The notes: generated by a model from the letters alone, not told the origin. A DNA stretch of 64,000 nt from Eubacteriales bacterium (GCA_045586595.1 JAZNAQ010000020.1:281-64280); one strand, 5' to 3'. Shown: positions 1 to 9,159, counted from the stretch's first letter. Translations and numbers: made by a program.

Positions 1-1146
1 CACTCCGCAAACAAGAGCAAACACAAGGATTGACTCTGGGCCGAACACTTCCAGTGCCAGCAAAACAGACGCAACAGGACAGTTTACCACACCACAGAAT
101 AACGCAACAAAGCCTACCGCAGCACCAAAGCCTGCAGGAAGCCCAAGCAACGAGCCCACAACGCAACCGAAGGTTGAGCCAATGAAGAACGCAGGAACAA
201 TTTCACCGCCCTTAAAGCCTGCAGAGATCGTGATTGCAGTAAATATTATTTTAATCAAAAAAGCTTCCCAGTTTGCCTCGCCGTTGATTGCTCGCTCTAT
301 AACGTGCATACCCGCACCGTTATAGTCGTATGTACCGAGCGCAACCGTCAACAATACGATTGCCATGCCGCCGAGAAATGCGCGAAGAAAACTATTGTGT
401 ATGAACTTCTCTGTATAATGCTCACATATCTTGATTGCTGTACAAAAAACTATACATACAACCGCACAGAGTGCCGCAAGAACAACTGTTTTTGCAACTA
501 CCTCAAGCGATAATGCCGGAAACTCAAACAAATTGAACCTTACCGGCGAAATCCCGAAAAGTTCGGCAATGATGCACGCGCACATTGCCGATATTACGCA
601 AGGTAGAAGCCCCGCATAATACATAACACCTACACTTGTTACCTCAAGCGCAAAAAAGACAGCAGTAAGAGGTGTCCCGAAAAGGGCTGCAAAAACTGCG
701 CTCATCCCCGACATTACTATAATATGAGAGTCTCCCGCATTAAGGCGAAACAGTCTGCCAAGGTTGTAACCTATACTCCCGCCAAGCTGCAGAGCTGCTC
801 CTTCGCGCCCTGCTGAGCCACCCAAAAGATGAGTTATAACCGTACCGACAAATATGAGAGGTGCCATAAACCACGGTATGTCTTCTTTTGTTCGCACAGA
901 TTCGATAACACGATTTGTATCAACCTTTGTTTTGCAAAGACTATAAAGCGCGGTTATGACGAGCCCGCCGAGCGGAAGCAGATATATGAGCCACGAATGC
1001 TCATCTCTTGTTTCGGTAGCAAAGTCGATACACTTGTGGAAAACACTGCCTACAATACCTCCAACCGCTCCAACAACTAAAGAAATAACAACCCACTTAA
1101 AAAATGTCCTCACATATGCAAGTGATGAAATAATTTTTTCTTTCAA
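1..1146 (-). CDS. ClC-family chloride channel / H+-Cl- exchanger (C-terminal end runs off the window)
   Basis: The minus-strand frame is open from 1146 to position 1 with no stop, so it is absent from the ORF track. My translation contains HLLGGSAGREGAALQLGGSIGY and FKGGEIVPAFFIGSTFG, which are ClC selectivity-filter-like motifs, plus many TM helices. TTG at 1146-1144 lies 6 nt after AGGAGA. Confidence 0.75.
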   Translation of the reverse strand, partial: MKEKIISSLAYVRTFFKWVVISLVVGAVGGIVGSVFHKCIDFATETRDEHSWLIYLLPLGGLVITALYSLCKTKVDTNRVIESVRTKEDIPWFMAPLIFVGTVITHLLGGSAGREGAALQLGGSIGYNLGRLFRLNAGDSHIIVMSGMSAVFAALFGTPLTAVFFALEVTSVGVMYYAGLLPCVISAMCACIIAELFGISPVRFNLFEFPALSLEVVAKTVVLAALCAVVCIVFCTAIKICEHYTEKFIHNSFLRAFLGGMAIVLLTVALGTYDYNGAGMHVIERAINGEANWEAFLIKIIFTAITISAGFKGGEIVPAFFIGSTFGCVVGSLLGLPAGFGAAVGFVALFCGVVNCPVASVLLALEVFGPESILVFALVCGV

Positions 1147-1166
1147 AGCTCCATCTCCTATCCAAA

Positions 1167-1194
1167 AACCCGAATGTGTTTAAACATTCGGGTT
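1167..1194 (-). terminator. Rho-independent terminator after the antiporter gene
   Basis: Stem AACCCGAATGT/ACATTCGGGTT followed by a T-run when read on the minus strand. Confidence 0.6.
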
Positions 1195-1203
1195 TTAAGT
1201 ATT

Positions 1204-2508
1204 TTAGTTTTCAGCCCTCTGCTTTGCTTCATCAAGCTTTGTCTGGCGGCGGTTTTTGACCTCGTCTGACATGGGCTTAATATCTCCCGCAGCCGTAAGT
1301 GCCATACGCGTGAGAACAGGGCCGAAAATTTCGTAAATAAGCACAGCGAACAACGTAATATTGCGTATAAGGTCTCCCTGCCCCCCGGGGAAGGTTGCTG
1401 CTGCAATCGTACACATACCGAGGGCAACGCCTGCCTGCGGAAGAAGCGTAATTCCGAGATACTTACATATTTCAGGCGAACACTTTGTTGCCTTTGCACT
1501 AACTGCTGAGCCAAAACATTTTCCGAGTGAGCGGAAAATTATATACACAATACCTATCGCAACGATTGCAATATCTGCAAACACTCCAAGCTCAAGTTCT
1601 GCACCGCTGATTACAAAGAACAACGCAAACAGCGGAGATGTCCATTTATCAGCACGCTCCATAAGGTCTTCTGACAAGGGACAGATATTGCAGAAAAACG
1701 TTCCGAGCATCATGCAGACAAGAAGCGACGAAAAGCTTACATGAACCGCTCCTACTGAAAATTCTATCATAGACAGCGCAACTGTAATGAAGACAAACGC
1801 GATAGTGAGGTTGAGTCGGTTCGTGTTTGAGTTGAAAAGCTTTTCAAGTTGAGTGAGAACCCAACCCATAATCGCACCCAACCCAAGTGAACATATAATC
1901 TCAACGAGTGGGTTGACAATTATGGAAATCATATCCACCTGACCGACAACAAGCGACTTAGCAATACCGAACGATACAGCAAAAACAATAAGACCCACAG
2001 CATCGTCAAGCGCAACTATAGGCAAGAGCAAATCTGTAAGAGGCCCCTTTGCCTTATACTGACGAACAACCATAAGCGTTGCAGCCGGAGCTGTTGCAGT
2101 AGCAATAGCTCCCAGAGTAAGAAGCTGCGGAACAGTGAGCTTGTCTGGCATAATCATATGTACAACAAGAAGCGCAAGGTCAACAAACAGCGTTGCAACA
2201 AGCGCCTGGAAAACACCGATAACAAATGCCTGCTTTCCTATCTTTTTAAGGTCACTTACGCGAAATTCGCTACCTATTGAAAATGCTATAAAGCCGAGCG
2301 CAACCTCAGAAACGAGAGCAAGCGCCTCTACCGCCGCGTGTGAATTAAAACCGAGATTTGTTATCCCCAACGCGCCGAGACAATACGGGCCGATAAGCAC
2401 ACCCGCAATGAGATATGCGGTTACAGCCGGCAACTTCAGCGGTTTAAATACTCTTGTCATGAGCAGCCCCGCAAGCAGAGCTATCGAAACAGTTAACAGT
2501 GTACCCAT
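1204..2508 (-). CDS. Cation:proton antiporter (CPA2 / Na+-H+ exchanger family membrane protein)
   Basis: 434-aa polytopic membrane ORF. N-terminus LLAGLLMTRVFKPLKLPAVTAYLIAGVLIGPY is typical of Kef/NapA-type exchangers; there is no KTN domain. Confidence 0.75.
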   Translation of the reverse strand: MGTLLTVSIALLAGLLMTRVFKPLKLPAVTAYLIAGVLIGPYCLGALGITNLGFNSHAAVEALALVSEVALGFIAFSIGSEFRVSDLKKIGKQAFVIGVFQALVATLFVDLALLVVHMIMPDKLTVPQLLTLGAIATATAPAATLMVVRQYKAKGPLTDLLLPIVALDDAVGLIVFAVSFGIAKSLVVGQVDMISIIVNPLVEIICSLGLGAIMGWVLTQLEKLFNSNTNRLNLTIAFVFITVALSMIEFSVGAVHVSFSSLLVCMMLGTFFCNICPLSEDLMERADKWTSPLFALFFVISGAELELGVFADIAIVAIGIVYIIFRSLGKCFGSAVSAKATKCSPEICKYLGITLLPQAGVALGMCTIAAATFPGGQGDLIRNITLFAVLIYEIFGPVLTRMALTAAGDIKPMSDEVKNRRQTKLDEAKQRAEN

Positions 2509-2593
2509 TTTTATTTCGCTTCCTTTAAAATGAAATGTGTTTTTTCAAACTCATTGAGTATACCACAAAACCTTTATTCTTTCAAGCACAAAA

Positions 2594-2629
2594 AGGAAGC
2601 CTGCGAAAAAAATTTTTCGCAGGCTTCCT
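2594..2629. terminator. Bidirectional hairpin terminator downstream of the pnuC-like gene
   Basis: Stem AGGAAGCCTGCGAAAAA/TTTTTCGCAGGCTTCCT flanked by an A-run and a T-run. Confidence 0.6.
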
Positions 2630-2630
2630 T

Positions 2631-3395
2631 TTAAACAATATTGCTCTTTTCTTGGAGCGTTTCTGTCGGGTGGCGTTTAGTATAAATGAGCCACTTTACA
2701 AGGCCGTAAATCGTATTTATAAGCATTGCAATCTCCGTGATGAGAAGAACATATGCACCGGAGCTTATATCCATAAAGAGATAGAACACAGTTGTTATAA
2801 GCCATGCAAGCCACTGCTCGCTGTAGCGAAGAAGAAGCAGCACACCGTTAGCCATACCGACAGCTGAGGCAAATGCATCAAGATAAGTATCAGATGCACC
2901 CGGAACCAACTGAAGAAGGCTTCCGACAACGAAACCGAACACGAAAATACCCACAACCGTAAGGAGCGTCTGCAACGGCTTTAAGCGCTTTACATGTGTG
3001 ACGTTTTCATCCTCCTCGCTCGGGTGCTTTGTCCATCTGATATAGCTTATAACGTCTATCGGCATCCAGAAGAACACAACTGTCGCCGCAACTGCATACC
3101 AACCGAAATTAAGGCAGATAACAAGTTCAGGGATTTCGATAAGGAAAAAGTCAACAACAAAGTTCCATTTGCTCTGCTTTGAGATAAGAAGCTCACAAAG
3201 CGGATTTGATATAACGCTTGTAATCATGCAGATTATAAGAAAAGTTTTTCCGAAAACTTCTTCGCCAAGCATTGTATCAGGGAAAAAGATAACGCACACT
3301 GCAGTCAGAACAAGCACCGCTGCAAGATATATAATCTGGTAAGGGGTAAATGATTTTAAAAAGCTTTTAAAGCTTGATTTTTTAGCGTTTTGCAT
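2631..3395 (-). CDS. PnuC-like nicotinamide riboside (nucleoside-vitamin) transporter
   Basis: 254 aa with about 7-8 TM helices. NFGWYAVAATVVFFW and RYSEQWLAWLITTVFYLFMD resemble the two W-rich PnuC signature segments. Assigned from memory of the family, not from a search. Confidence 0.55.
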   Translation of the reverse strand: MQNAKKSSFKSFLKSFTPYQIIYLAAVLVLTAVCVIFFPDTMLGEEVFGKTFLIICMITSVISNPLCELLISKQSKWNFVVDFFLIEIPELVICLNFGWYAVAATVVFFWMPIDVISYIRWTKHPSEEDENVTHVKRLKPLQTLLTVVGIFVFGFVVGSLLQLVPGASDTYLDAFASAVGMANGVLLLLRYSEQWLAWLITTVFYLFMDISSGAYVLLITEIAMLINTIYGLVKWLIYTKRHPTETLQEKSNIV

Positions 3396-3398
3396 TTT

Positions 3399-4217
3399 TT
3401 ATCCTTTCTGTATGTACTCACAAAGTTTCGGGAATGCTCTTAAACAGTTATTGTAATATATGTCCTCGAACTGCTCCGGAGTGAAAATTTTTGATATTGT
3501 ATAGTCGTATTCCTCAACAGCCGACAAGTTTATCGGCGGGCAAAAATCTGTACCATAGAGAATCTGCTTGTATGTATCTGGATATTGATTAATTGCCTTT
3601 GCAAAGGTTTCAATGGCCCATTCCATATCTGCGCCTTCTTTTGTACCCGGCTCATATGCTCCCGAAAAGTCGGTAAACATATTATCCATACCGTGCATAA
3701 CACGGATGCATTCATCATAGCGTGGGTCATCCATATGTGCAACAACAAAGTTGACACCTGGAAACTTCTCTGCAACGTTTTTTACATACTTTGCATTTGA
3801 GCCTTCAATGTCACCATCGGACGGAAGCACAAGGGAAACCGAGCCGGTGTGATATGTTATGGTGAGGCGATGCTTGTCGGCAAACTCATAGATTGGCAAA
3901 AGACGTTCATCATCTGCCCTCCCCGACTGGTATGTAAGATAGATTTTAAGCCCTACAATGCGATTATCTAAAAGCTGTTTTTCTATCACGCTGAGTTGGG
4001 GAGGAATGTCCCGGCTTATGTCTATGCAGGGACACAAAAACAGCCTGTCATTGTTATTAACTGTATTGTACGAGTCATCCGCAAGGCCGTTTTGAGTAAA
4101 CTTATCGAGAAACTGCATAACTATAGCGTAACCGTCAGTTTGTGCAAAATACTCACTTGCAATGCGCTCTGTTATTATGTGGGTGTGGCAATCTATTTTG
4201 TTCTTTGCTGTTAGCAT
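3399..4217 (-). CDS. Amidohydrolase-family metal-dependent hydrolase (TIM barrel)
   Basis: N-terminal IDCHTHII metal-binding motif and later VVAHMDDP. The start is moved to the ATG at 4217 (MLTAKNK), which follows AGAGGTGAAG; the longer track ORF starts 15 codons upstream with no RBS. Confidence 0.7.
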   Translation of the reverse strand: MLTAKNKIDCHTHIITERIASEYFAQTDGYAIVMQFLDKFTQNGLADDSYNTVNNNDRLFLCPCIDISRDIPPQLSVIEKQLLDNRIVGLKIYLTYQSGRADDERLLPIYEFADKHRLTITYHTGSVSLVLPSDGDIEGSNAKYVKNVAEKFPGVNFVVAHMDDPRYDECIRVMHGMDNMFTDFSGAYEPGTKEGADMEWAIETFAKAINQYPDTYKQILYGTDFCPPINLSAVEEYDYTISKIFTPEQFEDIYYNNCLRAFPKLCEYIQKG

Positions 4218-4276
4218 AACTTCACCTCTGATTATCAAACAAAATATGAAATAGTATACCACACTTTTTTTCAGAA

Positions 4277-4304
4277 GTATATATTTTTATCGGATGTTGT
4301 CAAA
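4277..4304 (-). promoter_or_regulatory. Sigma-A type promoter for the amidohydrolase/pnuC unit
   Basis: On the minus strand: TTGACA (4304-4299), 16-nt spacer, TATACT (4282-4277). It begins directly after the U-run of the upstream hairpin. Confidence 0.5.
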
Positions 4305-4613
4305 AAAAATATAAAAAAATAACCCTTGACTTATGTGTCTTTCACCCACATTAAGCCAAGGGTTATTTCTGTTCACTCTTGATATCTAACATCCTTGATT
4401 AACCTCTCTTTCTACGGTTTGAAATCCACCCTCTTTTATTTTATGCAATTCGTTCCTCGGCACGCTTACATATAGCTCAGTATTCTCAGCTCTTTATTTT
4501 CTCCAAGAAGAAATCACTTTTATGCCGGAACCCTTGTTTAGAGGGCTTCATCTCTCAGCTCACTTTATTTCGAGCTTCTGGGTTTTACTTGAACATCGGT
4601 ATCACCCTTTCTG
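4305..4613 (-). ncRNA. Candidate ~300-nt small RNA (unclassified), copy 1
   Basis: Minus-strand TTGCAA-17-TATATT promoter at 4648-4620. The transcript would end at the 4367-4320 hairpin plus a U7 run. No ORF is conserved between copies except a 3-codon mini-ORF (AUG UUC AAG UAA) behind AAAGGGUGAU. Confidence 0.35.
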
Positions 4614-4788
4614 ACTATAATATAACATACAGGGTAATATATTGCAATACGCAATCTTGTACAAAATAAACTAATCCGCTTTATGCAAAACGCAGAAATA
4701 TAGGTACATTGTCTAAAAAAGATTGACAGCTGCACTATTAATTTGTTATACTGAATATGTTAGCCGCTCATAAGAGCGGCTATTTTTC
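4320..4788. repeat. Noncoding module, copy 1 of 2 (paralog at 8841-9339)
   Basis: By-eye alignment with 8841-9339 shows long near-identical blocks (4368-4415, 4555-4660, 4724-4760) separated by divergent AT-rich sequence. Confidence 0.85.
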
Positions 4789-4805
4789 ATATACACAAAA
4801 CGGCT

Positions 4806-4835
4806 TGACTTGCTCGCTCATATAGTAGTATAATC
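4806..4835 (+). promoter_or_regulatory. metF operon promoter
   Basis: TTGACT (4806-4811), 18-nt spacer, TATAAT (4830-4835). This leaves only a ~25-nt leader before the RBS and the ATG at 4866. Confidence 0.55.
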
Positions 4836-4865
4836 TATTCATCCTAAACCAAAGGAATATTTAAT

Positions 4866-5744
4866 ATGAAAATTATAGATTTATTATCAAAAAGTACTCT
4901 ATCTCTTTCTTTTGAGGTTTTCCCGCCCAAAACCGAAACAAGCTTTGAAAGCGTTAGGACAGCAACAGAGGAGATTGCAAAGCTGCGCCCCGCCTTTATG
5001 AGTGTTACCTACGGTGCAGGCGGCGGCACAAGTAAGTATACCCTTGATATTGCAAAAAACATCAAAGAGCTTTATGGAGTTCCGACTTTAGCTCACCTTA
5101 CCTGTGTTTCGTCCACAAAAGAAACCGTACGTCAAAAAATTGGTGAAATAAAAGCGGCGGGGATTACGAATGTCATGGCACTTCGCGGTGATATTCCTCA
5201 AGAGCTTGAAAGCGCCGACAGAAGCCGTTGGGATTACCGCCACGCCCTTGACCTTATATATGAGCTCAAAAGCACCGATTCTGCCTTCTGTATAGGTGGC
5301 GCATGCTACCCCGAGATCCACCCGGAAAGCGTAAACCAAAAAGAAGACATAGCACACCTTAAAGAAAAGGTCGATGCAGGCTGTGATTTTCTTACAACAC
5401 AGATGTTCTTTGACAACAACCTGCTCTACAACTTTCTTTATAAAATCCGTGAAGCCGGCATAACTGTTCCCGTCATTCCCGGAATAATGCCTATTACCAA
5501 CGCAAACCAAGTAGAGCGAGCTATTAAGCTCTCAGGCTCTTTTATGCCACAAAGATTCAAAAGCCTCGTCGATAAGTTTGGCTCTGACCCTGCCGCAATG
5601 AAGCAGGCGGGAATCGCATATGCAACCGACCAGATCATTGATTTGTATGCAAACGGCATAACAAACGTCCATGTATATTCGATGAACAAGCCTGATGTTG
5701 CCGAGAAGATTCAAAGCAACCTTTCTGATATTTTAGGAAAATGA
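4866..5744 (+). CDS. metF: 5,10-methylenetetrahydrofolate reductase
   Basis: 292 aa. LSFEVFPPKT, SVTYGAGG and MALRGD motifs are characteristic of MetF. It overlaps the next ORF by 4 nt. Confidence 0.9.
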   Translation: MKIIDLLSKSTLSLSFEVFPPKTETSFESVRTATEEIAKLRPAFMSVTYGAGGGTSKYTLDIAKNIKELYGVPTLAHLTCVSSTKETVRQKIGEIKAAGITNVMALRGDIPQELESADRSRWDYRHALDLIYELKSTDSAFCIGGACYPEIHPESVNQKEDIAHLKEKVDAGCDFLTTQMFFDNNLLYNFLYKIREAGITVPVIPGIMPITNANQVERAIKLSGSFMPQRFKSLVDKFGSDPAAMKQAGIAYATDQIIDLYANGITNVHVYSMNKPDVAEKIQSNLSDILGK

Positions 5745-6367
5745 ATTTAAATATAATAACCAAAACTTATAAAGAACCACCCATTTGCGAAAAGGAGATT
5801 TTGCGGTATGCCGGCTGTAAGTGTGCCGACGTTGAGACCCTCTCACTTCTTCGTGCTTGCATAGACGAAGCGAGAGACGAGCTTAGCTATAATGTGTGTT
5901 ATCGCGAGCTCCCTGTATCGGCAGACGGCTCCGCTTGTGACTTCGGGTGTTTTTCTGCCAAATCCAAGAACCTTGCCAAAAACCTGAAAGGCTGTAAAAG
6001 TGTCATTGTTTTTTCTGCCACTGTAGGGGTTGGAATAGACAGGCTTATCGCGAAATACACCAGGCTATCACCCGCCAAAGCACTTATGCTGCAAGCCATC
6101 GGCTCAGAGCGAGTAGAGGCTTTGTGCAATGCCTTTTGTGAGGACATAAAAAAAGAGAGGAACGCAGTTTTGCACCCGCGCTTCAGCCCGGGCTACGGCG
6201 ATTTGCCGCTCTCTGTTCAAAAAGACATTTTTTGTGTTCTTGAGTGTTCAAAAAGGATTGCGCTTTCTTTAAACGACAGCCTACTTATGTCACCAACAAA
6301 ATCAGTCACCGCTTTTATCGGCATTACTGACAACGAAGCAAACTGTTCTTTAAGGAGTACATTATGA
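5741..6367 (+). CDS. Methionine synthase activation-domain (B12 reactivation) protein
   Basis: 208 aa. RFSPGYGDLPL and MSPTKSVTAFIGI match the stand-alone Met_synt_B12-type activation domain found next to short clostridial MetH. It is translationally coupled on both sides. Confidence 0.6.
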   Translation: MNLNIITKTYKEPPICEKEILRYAGCKCADVETLSLLRACIDEARDELSYNVCYRELPVSADGSACDFGCFSAKSKNLAKNLKGCKSVIVFSATVGVGIDRLIAKYTRLSPAKALMLQAIGSERVEALCNAFCEDIKKERNAVLHPRFSPGYGDLPLSVQKDIFCVLECSKRIALSLNDSLLMSPTKSVTAFIGITDNEANCSLRSTL

Positions 6368-8775
6368 CTTTCTTAGAATTTTTAAAAAACAATATAGTTT
6401 ATCTCGACGGCGGTATGGGAACCCTTCTCCAACAATCAGGGTTACAGCCGGGAGAAGCTCCTGAGCGCTGGAACATAACCAGACCTGAGATTATAACCAA
6501 AATTCACAGGGATTATTTTGATGCCGGCAGTAATGTAGTGTGCACAAACACTTTCGGAGCAAATATACTCAAGTTTTCTCCTAAAGAGCTTGAAGATATA
6601 ATAAAAGCCGCACTAGACAACGCTAAAGCAGCAAGAGATGAGTCTCTTTCTAATAAAGAAAAGTTTATCGCTCTTGACATTGGCCCTTCCGGAAAATTGC
6701 TCCGCCCGCTCGGCGACCTTGATTTTGAGGACGCCGTTTCTGTCTTTGCAGAAACCGTAAAGCTTGGCACAAAGCACGGCGCTGATCTTATTATAATAGA
6801 GACAATGAACGACTGTTATGAAACAAAGGCGGCACTTCTTGCCGCAAAAGAGAACAGCACCCTCCCCGTAATTGTATCGAACGCTTACGGCGAGGACGGA
6901 AAGCTTATGACAGGGGCAACCCCTGCCGCAATGGTTGCAATGCTTGAAGGGTTAGGTGCCGACGCTATTGGTGCAAACTGTTCGCTCGGCCCCAAACAGT
7001 TACGGGGCGTTATTGAGGAACTCCTCGACAACGCATCAATACCCGTAATACTCAAACCAAACGCAGGGCTCCCGAAATCGGTTAACGGAAAAAACGTTTT
7101 CGACGTGACTGCGGACGAGTTCTCCGAGGAAGTAGCGGCACTTGTAAAAAAAGGTGTTCGCGTAGTCGGCGGATGCTGCGGCACAACACCTCAGTATATA
7201 AAAAAGCTCAACGAAAAGACCTATGATTTGTCTCCGTGTAAAATAAAAGATAAGAATATAACTGTTGTGTCATCATACACACATGCTGTAAAGTTTGGCG
7301 ATTCCCCAATCCTTATAGGAGAGCGCATAAACCCCACAGGCAAAAAGAGATTTAAACAGGCACTTCTTGAAAATGACATGGATTACATCCTATCAGAGGG
7401 CGTCAATCAACAGGAAAAAGGCGTACACATACTCGATGTAAACGTCGGTCTCCCCGACATTGACGAGCCGAAAATGCTTGAAAACACAGTGCGCGAGCTT
7501 CAGGCAATTATAAATTTGCCCTTGCAGATAGACACATCTGATATTACTGCCATGGAGGCGGCTTTACGCCGCTATAACGGCAAAGCAATGATAAATTCCG
7601 TAAATGGCAAGAAATCAAGCATGGAGGCAGTCTTCCCTCTTGTTAAAAAATACGGAGGAGTGGTTGTTGCGCTCACGCTTGATGAGAATGGCATACCCGA
7701 GTCGGCAGATGCGAGGTTTGCAATCGCCGAGAGAATATTTAAAACAGCCGCAACCTACGGGATAGATAAAAAGAACATTATCTTTGACACATTGGCTATG
7801 ACAATAAGCGCCGATACCTCGGCTGCACTTTCAACACTCAACTCGCTCAAGCGCATAAAACAGGAGTTGGGTTGCCATACCTCGCTCGGCGTTTCAAACA
7901 TTTCATTTGGCCTACCCAACCGCGATGCGATAAACGGAACATTCTTTGCACTCGCGCTTGAAAACGGCCTTTCTGCGGCGATTATGAACCCGTATTCCGC
8001 AGATATGATGAAAACCTACTACACCTATAAAGCGCTCAAAGGCCTTGACGAAAACTGTGCAGAATACATCAGTGCCGCAGAGTCTTTTACTGTCTCGACA
8101 AATACCGTTGTAGCAACTGATACATCAAAGGCACCCGAAGAATTTAAGTCTGAGCTTTCGCGTGCAATAATAAAAGGCTTTAAAGAAAAAGCAGGAGAGC
8201 TGACACGCCAACTTTTGCAAAACGTTGCGCCTCTTGATATTGTTCAAAACGAGATTATCCCTGCACTTAACACCGTAGGCAAAGGCTTTGAAAGCAAAAC
8301 AGTGTATCTGCCTCAGCTACTCATGAGCGCAGAAGCCGCCAAAAGCGCATTTGAGCATATAAAGAGTTCAATGTCGAAAAGCTCAGAGAAACCATCAAAT
8401 AAAGGGACATTCGTTCTCGCAACCGTTCACGGCGATGTTCACGATATTGGCAAAAATATCGTAAAACTGCTACTTGAAAACTACGGCTTCAATGTTGTAG
8501 ATTTAGGAAAAGATGTCCTTCCGGATAAAATAACAGAAACCGTTATAAAGCTTCATTCTCCGCTTGTTGGGTTGAGCGCACTTATGACAACCACCGTCCC
8601 CGCAATGGAGGAAACCATAAAACAGCTCAGAGAAAAGGCACCCTGGTGCAAGGTACTTGTCGGCGGCGCTGTTCTTACAAAGGAATATGCCGATAAAATA
8701 GGCGCCGACAAATACGCAAAAGATGCAATGGAAGCTGTTCGCTGTGCCGAAGCCTATATAGCATCTGCAAATTAG
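6364..8775 (+). CDS. metH: Cobalamin-dependent methionine synthase (Hcy-methyltransferase + pterin-binding + B12-binding domains)
   Basis: 803 aa. N-terminal YLDGGMGT and GGCCGTTP (homocysteine S-methyltransferase), a central pterin-binding region, and C-terminal DVHDIGKNIV and SALMTTT (the B12-binding DxHxxG...SxL motif). Confidence 0.9.
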   Translation: MTFLEFLKNNIVYLDGGMGTLLQQSGLQPGEAPERWNITRPEIITKIHRDYFDAGSNVVCTNTFGANILKFSPKELEDIIKAALDNAKAARDESLSNKEKFIALDIGPSGKLLRPLGDLDFEDAVSVFAETVKLGTKHGADLIIIETMNDCYETKAALLAAKENSTLPVIVSNAYGEDGKLMTGATPAAMVAMLEGLGADAIGANCSLGPKQLRGVIEELLDNASIPVILKPNAGLPKSVNGKNVFDVTADEFSEEVAALVKKGVRVVGGCCGTTPQYIKKLNEKTYDLSPCKIKDKNITVVSSYTHAVKFGDSPILIGERINPTGKKRFKQALLENDMDYILSEGVNQQEKGVHILDVNVGLPDIDEPKMLENTVRELQAIINLPLQIDTSDITAMEAALRRYNGKAMINSVNGKKSSMEAVFPLVKKYGGVVVALTLDENGIPESADARFAIAERIFKTAATYGIDKKNIIFDTLAMTISADTSAALSTLNSLKRIKQELGCHTSLGVSNISFGLPNRDAINGTFFALALENGLSAAIMNPYSADMMKTYYTYKALKGLDENCAEYISAAESFTVSTNTVVATDTSKAPEEFKSELSRAIIKGFKEKAGELTRQLLQNVAPLDIVQNEIIPALNTVGKGFESKTVYLPQLLMSAEAAKSAFEHIKSSMSKSSEKPSNKGTFVLATVHGDVHDIGKNIVKLLLENYGFNVVDLGKDVLPDKITETVIKLHSPLVGLSALMTTTVPAMEETIKQLREKAPWCKVLVGGAVLTKEYADKIGADKYAKDAMEAVRCAEAYIASAN

Positions 8776-8840
8776 TAACACATAAACAAAAAAACACCGA
8801 TAATCGGTGTCCACATCAACATTTTAGTATTAAAAGCGAA

Positions 8841-9159
8841 ATAACCCTTAACCGATATGTCTTTCACCCATATACGGTTAAGGGTTATTTCTGTTTACTC
8901 TTGATATCTAACATCTTTGGGTAACCTCTCTTTCTTCAGATTAGCGATGCCTTCTCTTTCTGAACCGTGTTCCTGTTATATTATCAGGATTTTATACTTT
9001 CTGTTTTTGTATTTTTTATTATTTTTTTGAACAAGACTTTTATTTTTATATATTATCGGAACACTTTTCATTTTGTAAGGCTTTCGCTTTTTAAATTCAG
9101 CTCACTCTTTTTATTTTTGAGCTTTTGGGTTTTACTTGAACATCGGTATCACCCTTTCT
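8841..9159 (-). ncRNA. Candidate ~300-nt small RNA (unclassified), copy 2
   Basis: Minus-strand TTGCAA (9194-9189), 17-nt spacer, TATATT (9171-9166). It has the same SD + MFK mini-ORF and the same AGCUC/GAGCU hairpin. It ends at hairpin 8888-8841. A second hairpin (8810-8794) with a U-run follows on the minus strand. Confidence 0.35.

Noticed and set aside
4320-4660. Interpretation of the duplicated module as an S-box (SAM-I), T-box or other known riboswitch for metF or the amidohydrolase
   Set aside because: ATCAAGAG and GGGUGG-like strings occur, but the remaining core elements are missing. The GGGUGG string is not conserved in copy 2. Copy 2 has no downstream gene on its strand. Both flanking genes have their own promoters outside the module.
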